A stretch of DNA of 61,857 nt, filler included, from Candidatus Woesearchaeota archaeon (GCA_046538795.1; 7 parts of 7 records of this genome joined end to end with filler, not necessarily neighbours in it), one strand, 5' to 3'. Positions 39,243-48,841 are shown, counted from the whole stretch's first letter. Numbers and translations are program-made. Notes: generated by a model from the letters alone, not told the origin.

Positions 39243-39698
39243 TTATTTGTCAGAAAGTCTTATAGAGTATTCTCTTAAACCCATCTTTTTCCAGAATTCC
39301 AGTGCATTATTGTTTGCAAGCACATCAACGAGTATCCAGTCAACCTGATTTTCTTTAAACCAAGCTTTAAGTCTCTCTATTAGTTTTGATCCTATTCTTT
39401 GCTTCCTGTAAGTTTTCTCGACAAAACACTCGGCGATAATGCCTTTTGCCTTGTATCTATAGATATAAGTACTCTCTTCTATCCATCCAAGAACATATCC
39501 AATTGGGATGTCATTATTTTTGGCAATGAAGCATGAAGACATTCTTTCAACCAGTTTTTTTGAGTAGCTTCTCATGAACTCTTCTTTAGGAACATTGGGA
39601 TCCACCTTAATATCATGCTTTGCTTCTTCTGCTGCAAGTTTCTTGTTAAGTTCATATATTGTTTCCAGATCCTTAACTCCTGCTTTTATTATTTCCAT
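39243..39698 (-). CDS. GNAT family N-acetyltransferase
   Basis: FVEKTYRKQRIGSKLI acetyl-CoA motif; NNNALEFWKKMG. Confidence 0.9.
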   Translation of the reverse strand: MEIIKAGVKDLETIYELNKKLAAEEAKHDIKVDPNVPKEEFMRSYSKKLVERMSSCFIAKNNDIPIGYVLGWIEESTYIYRYKAKGIIAECFVEKTYRKQRIGSKLIERLKAWFKENQVDWILVDVLANNNALEFWKKMGLREYSIRLSDK

Positions 39699-39800
39699 CT
39701 TGATTCATGGCTTATTTTATATTATATGTGGGCTCATATTGTTATTATTATTAATCTTTTTGTAACAGGATTTATATATCCTGCCCTAATATTTTAGATA

Positions 39801-40844
39801 ATGATGAAAGAAGCTATGTTTTACAAAAATATAAACGATGATATAGTTCAGTGTTACTTATGTCCACATAGCTGTGTCATAAATCCTGGCATGAGAGGCA
39901 AGTGCGGTGTAAGGGAAAATCAGGCAGGAAAATTGATTGCTCTATCTTACGGGAAAACCATAAGTACAGCAGTAGATCCAATTGAGAAGAAACCTTTGTT
40001 TCATTTTCTTCCTGGAACAAAGACATATAGCATCTCAGCAGTCGGATGCAACATGACTTGCGAATTTTGCCAGAACTGGGAGATTTCTCAGATGCCAAAA
40101 CCCATGAAACCTGTTTTTGGAAAAGAGATGTCGCCTGAAGAGATTGTTGAGGATGCGCTTGAGTCTGGATGCAAAAGCATATCATATACTTATACAGAAC
40201 CGACTATATTTTTTGAATATGCATATGATATAGCAAAGATTGCTTATGAGAAAGGTCTTGCGAATGTTTTTGTAAGTAACGGCTTCATATCAAAAGAAGC
40301 AATAGATAAGATCTCTCCATATCTTGATGCTATAAATATTGATCTTAAGGGATTTACAGAAGAGTTCTATGAAAATGTATGCGGAGCAAGGCTTGAACCT
40401 GTTCTTGATGCAATCAAAAGATTTCATGAAAAATGTGTCTGGATCGAGCTTACCACGCTTATAGTTCCTGGACATAATGACAGCTCTGAGATGATTGACA
40501 ATATGGCTGATTTTATCTACAAACTTGACAAGCGCATCCCTTGGCACATATCAAGGTTCCATCCGCAGTACAAGATGCAGGGCCAAAAACCTACTGATAT
40601 AGAGACTATAAAAGAAGCATATGATGCAGGGATCAAAAAGGGACTGAAGTATGTTTATACAGGTAACATATATGAAGGAGCTTCAGAAGATACTGAATGT
40701 CCGCGATGCGGAAAAACAATTATGAGGCGCGACATGTTTGATCTTGTGGAAACAAATCTTAACAAGACAAAATGCGGTTTTTGCAATGAAGATATTGATC
40801 TTATAATTGATGTGAATACAAAAGACTCTCTTAGGACAAAATAG
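39801..40844 (+). CDS. amrS: AmmeMemoRadiSam system radical SAM enzyme
   Basis: CYLCPHSC..GKCGVR, DPIEKKPLFHF, CNMTCEFCQNWEISQ, YTYTEP, PWHISRFHP, C-terminal CPRC..CGFC. Confidence 0.92.
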   Translation: MMKEAMFYKNINDDIVQCYLCPHSCVINPGMRGKCGVRENQAGKLIALSYGKTISTAVDPIEKKPLFHFLPGTKTYSISAVGCNMTCEFCQNWEISQMPKPMKPVFGKEMSPEEIVEDALESGCKSISYTYTEPTIFFEYAYDIAKIAYEKGLANVFVSNGFISKEAIDKISPYLDAINIDLKGFTEEFYENVCGARLEPVLDAIKRFHEKCVWIELTTLIVPGHNDSSEMIDNMADFIYKLDKRIPWHISRFHPQYKMQGQKPTDIETIKEAYDAGIKKGLKYVYTGNIYEGASEDTECPRCGKTIMRRDMFDLVETNLNKTKCGFCNEDIDLIIDVNTKDSLRTK

Positions 40845-40847
40845 ATC

Positions 40848-40992
40848 TTATTGAAAATTTTGCATGAAACACGATTGAAACCTTGTTTCAATGTGCGCAG
40901 AAATTTAAAAAATTTCTTTTCGTTTTTGCGGGGCAAACTCCGCAAGGGTGCTCTTCGAGCGGGTCGGAGAATGGCTATTGGTTTGAGTTATT
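40848..40992 (-). repeat. Dispersed multi-hairpin intergenic repeat, copy 3 (long form)
   Basis: Reverse complement AATAACTCAAACC..ATTCTCCGACCCGCTCGAAGAGC...TTTTCAATAA; collinear with 59345-59489. Confidence 0.9.
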
Positions 40993-41007
40993 TTTAACAA
41001 TCAAGGG

Positions 41008-41712
41008 GTGTTTAAGATGATAAAGATTGATAAAAAAGTAAATGGAGCTATAATTTTATGTGGCTTTCAAAGCAAGTCGCTGGTAGGTCCTGTAGTATTG
41101 CAGTATCTTGAAGAAAGGATGAATTTTGAAAAGATTGGCTTTGCATGGGATGAAGAGCTTCCTCCTATATCTGCTCTTATGAAAGGGGAGTTACTTAAAC
41201 AGATAACTATTCTCTATAACAAAGAAAAGAATCTTATTATATTGAAAAGCCTTGTTCCCGGCACAGGCAACGAATGGAAGCTTGCAGAAATTCTTAACGA
41301 TATCTCAGAAAAAATAAACCCTGAAAAAATAATATATCTCGACGGGATGCAGGGAGGAGAAGATGAAAGCAATGATATCTTTTATATCGGAGACAGTGGC
41401 GATGCTGAAAAAGCCGGAGCTAAGAAACTTGAAGATGCAGTACTTTATGGTCTTTTGTCGGCTATTTTGCTTAGAGATATAAAACCTGTTTATTATATTT
41501 TTGGACGCATATATGATGTTTCAAGTGAATCAAAGATAATGATTCCCTCAAGCGCCCAGACCTCATCAAACATGATTTCTTTTTTGAACCGGTTTATCGG
41601 TCTGGAGATATCGACTCAGGAACTTACAGAAAAAGGCAAAGAGATTGAAGGGCAATTGATGAATCAGATGAAAAACATGCAGGTTCCAGAACGACCTGAA
41701 TATTTGGGATAA
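41008..41712 (+). CDS. PAC2 / proteasome assembly chaperone family protein (divergent)
   Basis: IILCGFQSKSLVG, ELPPI, IIYLDG, L..KGKEIE and C-terminal YLG resembling the HbYX-type tail. Confidence 0.7.
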   Translation: MFKMIKIDKKVNGAIILCGFQSKSLVGPVVLQYLEERMNFEKIGFAWDEELPPISALMKGELLKQITILYNKEKNLIILKSLVPGTGNEWKLAEILNDISEKINPEKIIYLDGMQGGEDESNDIFYIGDSGDAEKAGAKKLEDAVLYGLLSAILLRDIKPVYYIFGRIYDVSSESKIMIPSSAQTSSNMISFLNRFIGLEISTQELTEKGKEIEGQLMNQMKNMQVPERPEYLG

Positions 41713-41793
41713 ATTTTGCTTATAAATTGAATTTATTATTTTGCAACAATTGATGGATAAGTTTTATAAATATACTTTGATAGTTTTTATGAA

Positions 41794-42267
41794 TTGGAGG
41801 TGTGTCAGTTGGTAGAGATAAAAGAATTAAGTCTGCCTGTAAGAAAAACAATAAATCTTCAGGATTTTGTTGGCAGAAATATAATCGACAAGAAAGGAAA
41901 CGTTATTGGCATAGTTGAAAGTTTTCGCCTTGATCCCAAAGACCTTACATTGGAAGCAGTAGAAGTTACAAAAGGATTCTTTGCAGAAGACCATTTTATA
42001 GGAAAAGATTATATCGCCGAATTTAATCGTGATGGAATTAAGCTTAATATTGTTCCTGTTACTGAGTTTATAAATAAGACTGTTTTTGATACAAGAGGAA
42101 ATAAAATAGGTTCTGTGAAGGAATTGAATAAGGCTGGTCCCACAAATCAGATAAATTCACTTATAGTTAATAGAGGTCTTTCCAGAGAAGATGTTGAAAT
42201 TAATGTGAGCGACATAAGAGAGATCGGAAAGAACGTCCATCTTAATATAGCTATAGATGGCACATAA
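41794..42267 (+). CDS. Tandem PRC-barrel domain protein
   Basis: Two repeats, FVGRNIIDKKGNVIGIV and FINKTVFDTRGNKIGSV; the true start may be TTG 41809 after GGAGGTG. Confidence 0.8.
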   Translation: MEVCQLVEIKELSLPVRKTINLQDFVGRNIIDKKGNVIGIVESFRLDPKDLTLEAVEVTKGFFAEDHFIGKDYIAEFNRDGIKLNIVPVTEFINKTVFDTRGNKIGSVKELNKAGPTNQINSLIVNRGLSREDVEINVSDIREIGKNVHLNIAIDGT

Positions 42268-42413
42268 TAATATTGAAACTATTATGCTGCCAATGACTGA
42301 ATTGTCTAGGATTATTTTGCTTTCTAAAAAATGGAACTTAAAGGGGAGTTATGCTCTTTGCAGACCCGAAATAGCTACGCAATTTGGGTGCTGAATTTGA
42401 ACAAATTTGTTGC

Positions 42414-42661
42414 ATGTTCAAAGCCCGGCGGACATGAGTGAAACGAATGCTCCGTCCGGGATTATTTTGCTTTCGTAGAAAGGAAAATTCAAGGATAACT
42501 TGTTATCCGCCGATGTTCAAAGCCCGGCGGACATGAGTGAAACGAATGCTCCGTCCGGGATTATTTTGCTTTCGTAGAAAGGAAAATTCAAGGATAACTT
42601 GTTATCCGCCGATGTTCAAAGCCCGGCGGACATGAGTGAAACGAATGCTCCGTCCGGGATT
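42414..42661 (-). repeat. Exact 99-bp tandem repeat (2.5 units) containing the last 16 nt of tRNA-Glu
   Basis: ATGTTCAAAGCCCGGCGGACATGAGTGAAACGAATGCTCCGTCCGGGATT at 42414, 42513 and 42612; a degenerate partial unit at about 42309-42360. Confidence 0.92.
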
Positions 42662-42720
42662 TGAACCCGAGTCTTTGCCTCGAGAGGGCAAAATGATTGG
42701 CCGGACTACACTAACGGAGC
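42646..42720 (-). tRNA. tRNA-Glu (CTC)
   Basis: Acceptor stem GCTCCGT/ACGGAGC; anticodon arm TTGCC-CTCTCGA-GGCAA; T-arm TCGGG-TTCAAAT-CCCGG. Confidence 0.95.
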
Positions 42721-42840
42721 ATAATTATATTCATGTTGTTTTGATTTACTTTAAAAAGATTTCTGATTAGGTTGTGATTTTTTGATAATTGATTAACTAT
42801 ATAGTAAAGTATATAAGTGTCTTTTTTGAAAATAAATATC

Positions 42841-43830
42841 ATGATCATACTTTTTGCCATACTTTTGTTGATTGTAGGGATGATACTTATCTGGGTCGGT
42901 TCAGACTGGATGACTGATTCACTTATTCCTGTTGCAAAATTTCTTGGTACAAGCTATGTGGCTGTTGCATCAATCCTTGTTTCTATAATGCTTTCCATAC
43001 CTGAGATATTTACGTCAGTATATTCATATTACATGGGTTATCTTGACATATCGTTGGGAGTTATAATAGGATCTATTATGTGTAACATTGGACTTATGAC
43101 AGGGCTTTCTGCCATAATAAAACCATTGCATGTGGATAAAGAGATGGTTGTTCGTGATGGTTTTTTTGCATTGGTTGTATGTGCGATAATTTTTGTTTTT
43201 GGAATTGACTTAACTTATGAAAGTTCTGAAGGAATTGTACTTCTTCTTTTGTTTTTGCCTTATGCTATGAATGTCTGGTTTGCTGAAAAATGGAGAAACC
43301 CAGAAGAACAGAAAAAAAGACTGAAAGAGCTTGAGATTGATCTGGAAGAGATTGGTATGGGTCCTGTAAGGCTAAAACCCGGCATGATAACATTTTTGTT
43401 TGGAACAACAGTTCTTTTAGGAGGATCGTACTTGTTTTCAAAATCTCTTACTATGATTGCAAGCCAGACTACAATACCTGACATGATAATCGGACTTACA
43501 TTAGGAGCAATAGGTCCTTCGGTACCAAATATAATCTCGGCAGTACAGGGAACACTAAAAAATTACAAGACAATTGCGATAGCAGAAACATTTGGTTCAA
43601 ACATATTTACAATGCTTGTCACATTAGGTATCCTGATCACTCTTAGCCCTGTAAAAATAACTCCAAGAATATTATTTTTTGACATAACCTGGATGGGAAT
43701 CATGCACCTTCTTATGATTTCTTTTATCATAAAAGGATTCCTTGCAAAAGAAAGTCCGATAATACGAGTTGAGGGAATAAGCCTTATTCTGTTTTATGTT
43801 GTACTGCTTTTAGTTAATGTATTTTTGTGA
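42841..43830 (+). CDS. Ca2+/cation (Na+/Ca2+) antiporter, YrbG-like
   Basis: Alpha repeats SIMLSIPE..GVIIGSIMCN and AIGPSVPN..ETFGSNIF; about 10 TMs. Confidence 0.88.
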   Translation: MIILFAILLLIVGMILIWVGSDWMTDSLIPVAKFLGTSYVAVASILVSIMLSIPEIFTSVYSYYMGYLDISLGVIIGSIMCNIGLMTGLSAIIKPLHVDKEMVVRDGFFALVVCAIIFVFGIDLTYESSEGIVLLLLFLPYAMNVWFAEKWRNPEEQKKRLKELEIDLEEIGMGPVRLKPGMITFLFGTTVLLGGSYLFSKSLTMIASQTTIPDMIIGLTLGAIGPSVPNIISAVQGTLKNYKTIAIAETFGSNIFTMLVTLGILITLSPVKITPRILFFDITWMGIMHLLMISFIIKGFLAKESPIIRVEGISLILFYVVLLLVNVFL

Positions 43831-43962
43831 AATAACCATAGAACTTGTCCCACTAAAACGTCATTGTACCTTGATTTTAATAGTAACTTCAAAAAGTGGA
43901 GCAATTACTCCAAAAACAGAAGTTAGAGGATTTATCGAAAATAGCATCATTTTGAATAGATC

Positions 43963-44724
43963 TTATCTCCAAAACACAAAATTTTTATCTGCATATTTTG
44001 GATATATCTTTGTAGCGTCATCAGATTCTATTTGGCTTAGTTCTGACTCCCTGAACTTTGCATCAAAAGTTTTTTTAAAACCATCGACTATAGCTTTCCA
44101 CACATCTTCCTTAGTGATACTTTTATAATCTAACAATCCTGTTACAAGATCATTTACAGTCTTCACTTTTTTTTCAAGGAGTTTCTTATCATCTATTTTC
44201 AGATATTTAAACATTTTTTCAACTTCAGGCTTAAGAAGTATTGTTCCATGATGAAGCAATACATTATCGATTCTTGTCTGTGCATTTCCAGATATTTTCT
44301 TTCCATCTAACAAGATATCATTTATAGGTTTGAATTCTGTTTTAAAACCAATTTTTTCTAATCCTTTGATTATTGCACCACATAATAAGTCGTATGAGGC
44401 TTCAACATCTTTTGGTATTTTTTGATCATCTTCTCGTATGATGAAGCTGTAATTTAACTCGAACTTTGGAGATTTATACACTGCTCCGCCTCCTGTTATT
44501 CTCCTAAATATTTCTATTCCATCTTCGTTACAGACTTTGATATCAAGTTCTTTACTTGTTTCTTGGAAATAACCAAGAGCGACAGCAGGTTTATTCCATG
44601 CATAAAAACGAAGAGTAGGAGGACTTATTCCTATTCTTACAGAATTCATGATGGCTTCTTCTACCGCCATCTTCATGAAAGAATCTTGTTCCTTTTCTAA
44701 AGGGATTACTCTCCATTCATCCAT
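43963..44724 (-). CDS. lplA: Lipoate-protein ligase A family protein (catalytic domain only)
   Basis: MAVEEAI, PTLRFYAW..LGYFQ, RRITGGGAVY, NDILLDGKKISGNAQ, HHGTIL. Confidence 0.9.
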   Translation of the reverse strand: MDEWRVIPLEKEQDSFMKMAVEEAIMNSVRIGISPPTLRFYAWNKPAVALGYFQETSKELDIKVCNEDGIEIFRRITGGGAVYKSPKFELNYSFIIREDDQKIPKDVEASYDLLCGAIIKGLEKIGFKTEFKPINDILLDGKKISGNAQTRIDNVLLHHGTILLKPEVEKMFKYLKIDDKKLLEKKVKTVNDLVTGLLDYKSITKEDVWKAIVDGFKKTFDAKFRESELSQIESDDATKIYPKYADKNFVFWR

Positions 44725-45055
44725 CTGAAAATTCCTCTAGAGCTTCTTTGACATAATTCATATATACAAGTGAAGGACCTCCACCCATAAGGACTGCAAC
44801 CCATGCTATCTCTAAGATTTCTTCTTTTGAGAATCCTTTCTCTAATGCTTTTTTAGTATGAAATGCAATGCATCCTTTACATTGAGCTTTAATTGCAATC
44901 CCTAAAGCGACAGCTTCCTTGATTTTTGATGAGACTTTACCATCCTTTTCTACTGCTTCCATAAAAGAGGCAAAAGTTTTTGTTTGTTCCAATGAATTTT
45001 TTCCAAGATAACTGAATAATTCATCAATCTTTTGTACTTCTTCTTTTTGATTCAT
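44717..45055 (-). CDS. Carboxymuconolactone decarboxylase / AhpD-like protein
   Basis: KIKEAVALGIAIKAQCKGCIAFH, EEILE, LMGGGP. Confidence 0.9.
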   Translation of the reverse strand: MNQKEEVQKIDELFSYLGKNSLEQTKTFASFMEAVEKDGKVSSKIKEAVALGIAIKAQCKGCIAFHTKKALEKGFSKEEILEIAWVAVLMGGGPSLVYMNYVKEALEEFSDG

Positions 45056-45465
45056 CTTTGTTCTCCTCCCTTTATTGTTTTATCAAGCCAATCAATTATC
45101 TCATCGGGTTTGAAAAGTTTTTCAAGCGCTTTTTTATCATCAATCTCCATTTTCAAAATCCAAGACTCATAAGGTTTTTCATTGATCTTGTTTGGTTCAT
45201 CATAAAGAGATTCATTTGTTTCTATTATCTTGCCTGTTAATGGTGACGTAAGATGCCCTGACCACTTGAGTGTTTCAAGAGATACATATACTTCTCCTGC
45301 TTTGATCGTTTTTTGTTCTGGAAGTTTTATAAATAAAAATTCCTTAAGCACTTTTGCTATAGGTTCAATCACCCCTATTGCTGCGATATCACCTTCAATT
45401 TTTATCCAGCTTGAATCTTTATTATATAATAAATTATCAGGCAGTTCAGAATCATTATATTTCAT
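45052..45465 (-). CDS. gcvH: Glycine cleavage H-like lipoyl carrier protein
   Basis: PDNLLY..SW, LETLKW lipoyl-lysine turn, SPLTGKIIETN, P..IN..PYESWI. Confidence 0.85.
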   Translation of the reverse strand: MKYNDSELPDNLLYNKDSSWIKIEGDIAAIGVIEPIAKVLKEFLFIKLPEQKTIKAGEVYVSLETLKWSGHLTSPLTGKIIETNESLYDEPNKINEKPYESWILKMEIDDKKALEKLFKPDEIIDWLDKTIKGGEQR

Positions 45466-45839
45466 TGTTTTCCCCTCCCTTTTTTAGTTTTTTTCTTACT
45501 AGCAATATGATTCCTGTTACAAGCAATGCTGAAAATATTGTTCCAACTGCAGCAAATATGTTATTTAAAAGTCCAGGTGCAAATACCAGCATACTTCCTA
45601 ATGCTAACATCATCATTCCTGAAAGTAGCTTTAGTGCTTCTCCTTGTGATTGCGATAATTTTTTTGCTCCAAAAGTATAAGTGAATATTAGCACTATCGT
45701 AAGTAATGGAATTATGTATACTATATTGTAAAACAGCAAATAGGAGTAATAGCTTACGGTATTTAACTCATTTAATACAAGTACTTTCGTAAACACCATA
45801 GGAAATCCTGCAGTACATAATAGTTCATACATATTTGCA
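45455..45839 (-). CDS. CcdA/DsbD-like thiol-redox membrane protein, C-terminal part (5' truncated)
   Basis: YELLCTAGFP and LLFYNIVYIIPL..LKLLSGMMMLALG resemble glutaredoxin-fused cytochrome-c-biogenesis-type membrane proteins. Confidence 0.65.
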
Positions 45840-45939
45840 NNNNNNNNNNNNNNNNNNNNNNNNNNNNNNNNNNNNNNNNNNNNTTAATTAATTAANNNNN
45901 NNNNNNNNNNNNNNNNNNNNNNNNNNNNNNNNNNNNNNN
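45840..45939. other. Artificial contig linker
   Basis: N run with TTAATTAATTAA. Confidence 0.99.
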
Positions 45940-45998
45940 AAAAACTTCTGAAAGTACTTTTGCAAGAACAACAATAAGTATTAGTGCAAGAAGAAAAT

Positions 45999-46487
45999 TC
46001 ATTGGATAAGTTCCTCCTTGTATTTTTTTATAAAATCAATTATGTTTTTCTGGAAAACAACACCAAGAAACTTGTTTGTTTCCTTGTCAACTACAGGAAG
46101 GCATCTAACATCGTGCTTCCACATGAGATATGCTGCATCTTCCAAAGTATTTGTCTTTTCAACTGTAAGCTCATGCATATTCATTATGTCTCCAACACGA
46201 GCGCCAAAGATTGTCTGTATCCTTGTACCTAAAGCTCCTATAATATCGTGTTCACTTAACCTTTCAGTGCTTATCGCAAAAGGCATCATCTGATTCTCTG
46301 TTATCTCTCCGATCAGTTTTCCTTTTGAATTCACTACAGGAAAGGCTTCAACATCATACTTATGAAAAAGTCCAAGAATCTCTTTTATCTCAGTACCCTT
46401 ATGAACAAACCTGAATGATTTTTTCATGATCTTTGATACAGGTATTTTCTTTGTATCAGGAAGATTTTGTTTATTCTTTTTAGGCAT
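45999..46487 (-). CDS. CBS-domain pair protein
   Basis: VSKIM..FPVVNSKGKLIGEIT and VGDIM..LPVVD..FLGVV. Confidence 0.88.
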   Translation of the reverse strand: MPKKNKQNLPDTKKIPVSKIMKKSFRFVHKGTEIKEILGLFHKYDVEAFPVVNSKGKLIGEITENQMMPFAISTERLSEHDIIGALGTRIQTIFGARVGDIMNMHELTVEKTNTLEDAAYLMWKHDVRCLPVVDKETNKFLGVVFQKNIIDFIKKYKEELIQ

Positions 46488-46578
46488 GAATGTATTTTTG
46501 AAAATAAAGAATATAAAACTTTCCCAAATATCACCTAAAAGGATTAGTTTTATAAACAATCACCAACTTCTTCGAATT

Positions 46579-46989
46579 ATGGATTACGAAAAGCTTCTTG
46601 AAAGAGGACGTGAAAAGCTTCCTGAAAAGGAATCTCTTAGTGAAAGATTCAATATTCCAAAAGCTAAAGGACACATACAGGGAACAAAGACAGTCATTTC
46701 AAATTTCCAGCAGATCGCACAGATACTTGGAAGAGATGCAAATCACATCCTTAAATTTGTCCTAAGAGAGCTTGCAACTCCCGGAGATATGAGAGGACAG
46801 CTTGTGATCTTCGGAAGAAAAGTTTCTGCGTCTGCTGTAAATAACGCAATCGCAAAATATGCTGAGACATTTGTAATGTGCAAAGAATGCGGCAAGCCTG
46901 ATACAAAGGTAGTAAAGAAGTCAGGAATACCATATCTTAAATGCATGGCATGCGGTGCACAAAACGTGATTCGATCAAAGATTAAATAA
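46579..46989 (+). CDS. eif2b: Translation initiation factor aIF-2 subunit beta
   Basis: MDYEKLLERG..ERF, KTVISNF, ELATPG, CKECGKPDT..CMACGA zinc ribbon. Confidence 0.93.
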   Translation: MDYEKLLERGREKLPEKESLSERFNIPKAKGHIQGTKTVISNFQQIAQILGRDANHILKFVLRELATPGDMRGQLVIFGRKVSASAVNNAIAKYAETFVMCKECGKPDTKVVKKSGIPYLKCMACGAQNVIRSKIK

Positions 46990-47274
46990 GTTATATAGTT
47001 CTTACTATTCTTTTTTCTATTGAAGGTATTTTACAAATTTTAAGAAAAATAGGAAAAAGAAGTTCTCTTCTTATTTTTGTCTCGATCAAAAAATGTGCAC
47101 TCTTATGTGTTTTTTTTATTCTTATCCAATTTTCAAAGGTTTTTCTTAAAGCAGAATAATTACATTTTCCAATAATAGAACCTGTGCCAACCTATGTAAA
47201 GTCCTTATTAGGCAAAATCCAAATATATGCCAAATTATTTGAATATAATTCTTAATATTTTACTTCATATTTTA

Positions 47275-47898
47275 TCATATATTAAGTGATTCTTCTGCTT
47301 CTTTGGGATGCATACCTAGCGTTATGAAAAGACTTTTCAGATCATCAGGTGAACGCATCTCATAAGGATCTTTTGCAAAACTTGCGATTAATGCCTTGAA
47401 CTTGAATTTTCTCATGAACCTTATGTTCTGGGATATTCTTCCAAATATAAAGTCCCTGCTGTTTGTATGAAGTATAAGGCTGAAAGAAAACCCTAAAACT
47501 ATATTGTTCTCTTTCATGAATCTTGCTGTGACATGATTCAGACCAGAATTCCTGTGATGGATAAAATCCTTTTTCTGGTACTCGAGATTATATATCATGA
47601 AAGGGTTCTGCTTTTCTATCAGATTTCTTATCTTATCATCATCATGTTCTTTGGAATCAATAAAGATTTTTTTGGTAATTTTTCTTGCTTTCTGGTAATC
47701 TTTTGAAGCTACGATGATTGCAGGAGATATTTCAAGTTCTGTCTTTTTTGAAAGCATCTCAAGATTTTTCTTTATATCTTCAAATTTCATATTCTTTTCA
47801 TATCTGTATAGAAATATCAGTTCTTTATAACCCAATTTTTCAGCGATGGTTATGAATTTTTGTTCATTTTCTTTTGGAATAACTATGTCTGTTCTCAT
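47275..47898 (-). CDS. rnp3: RNase P protein component 3 (Rpp30)
   Basis: SGLNHVTARFMKENNI, LIASFAKDPYEMRSPDDLKS..LGM..EA..SL. Confidence 0.8.
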   Translation of the reverse strand: MRTDIVIPKENEQKFITIAEKLGYKELIFLYRYEKNMKFEDIKKNLEMLSKKTELEISPAIIVASKDYQKARKITKKIFIDSKEHDDDKIRNLIEKQNPFMIYNLEYQKKDFIHHRNSGLNHVTARFMKENNIVLGFSFSLILHTNSRDFIFGRISQNIRFMRKFKFKALIASFAKDPYEMRSPDDLKSLFITLGMHPKEAEESLNI

Positions 47899-48773
47899 TT
47901 TTTTGCCATACCATATCTAACAAGCATAGAGCATGCATTGCATATTTCTTTTTTTGATGGATATCCGCACATATCACAGTATCTTATGCTTCCCTGATTT
48001 TTGTACCTTTTTTTTATATCAGGAAGGATCTTCAAAAAATTTCTTATTATATTTTTCTTGATTCCAGGATTTTCTGATTCTTTCCTGTTTATGAAATCCC
48101 TTACAAAATTTCGATATGATTTATGTGCATATGGACATTCGACAAACTTGTCCTGGAATCCTTTGAGTGTCGAATATATCTTTATCTCTTTTTCTGTAAG
48201 AAAATATAAAGGTTTCACTCTTCTTGTAAATTTTTCTGATCTTTCAAGCCCTGTAACAGGACCCAGCCTTGATGAAATCTCAAGGTTTCCTCTAAGTATG
48301 TTCATCATTATGGACTGCACTTCATCATCAAGATTATGACCCAGGACAACAACATCATAGTTTTTTGAATACTTGTTTATCATAAACCGTCTTATAATGC
48401 CGCAAAAAGTGCATGGATTAAGCTCTTTGTTTTTCTTTAGAACTGAATCAAGAGTGTTTCCAAATTCTTCTTTGAATGATTTTATGACAAGTCTGATCTT
48501 ATGCTCTTTGCAAAAGTTCACAAGATCCTGTCTTGAAAATTCCCTGTATCCATAGATACCCTCATCGATAAGCAAAGCATCGACATTCTTGAAATGCTTA
48601 TTTACATTATATAATGCTGTGAGTGAGTCCTTTCCTCCTGATGCCGCAACAGCAATTCTGTCTTTTTTTTTGATAAGCTTATAATCTTTTATGGTTTTGA
48701 ATATCATATATTCTGCATATTCTATGAATTTCTCTTTAGAAACCTTATTTTTTGACAAAAGATTCTTTTCCAT
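47895..48773 (-). CDS. tRNA 2-thiolation protein (NcsA/TtuA/Ctu1, TIGR00269-like)
   Basis: SGGKDS PP-loop, IDEGI..YR, PCTFCGIIRR, GHNLDDE, ECPY, C-terminal CDMC..ICNAC. Confidence 0.9.
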   Translation of the reverse strand: MEKNLLSKNKVSKEKFIEYAEYMIFKTIKDYKLIKKKDRIAVAASGGKDSLTALYNVNKHFKNVDALLIDEGIYGYREFSRQDLVNFCKEHKIRLVIKSFKEEFGNTLDSVLKKNKELNPCTFCGIIRRFMINKYSKNYDVVVLGHNLDDEVQSIMMNILRGNLEISSRLGPVTGLERSEKFTRRVKPLYFLTEKEIKIYSTLKGFQDKFVECPYAHKSYRNFVRDFINRKESENPGIKKNIIRNFLKILPDIKKRYKNQGSIRYCDMCGYPSKKEICNACSMLVRYGMAKK

Positions 48774-48841
48774 GGCATAAAAAAATTTTCTGTAATATAA
48801 ATAATTTTAGTAGAATCAGATAACAATGATGATTTTTTTAA

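Noticed and set aside
42414..42661. 99-bp tandem array as a CRISPR array or extra tRNA genes
   Set aside because: Units are fully identical with no variable spacers, and only 16 nt of the tRNA is copied.
46990..47274. 285-bp gap between the convergent aIF2-beta and rnp3 genes as an ncRNA or pseudogene
   Set aside because: AT-rich, no convincing stems, and the frames I read are interrupted.
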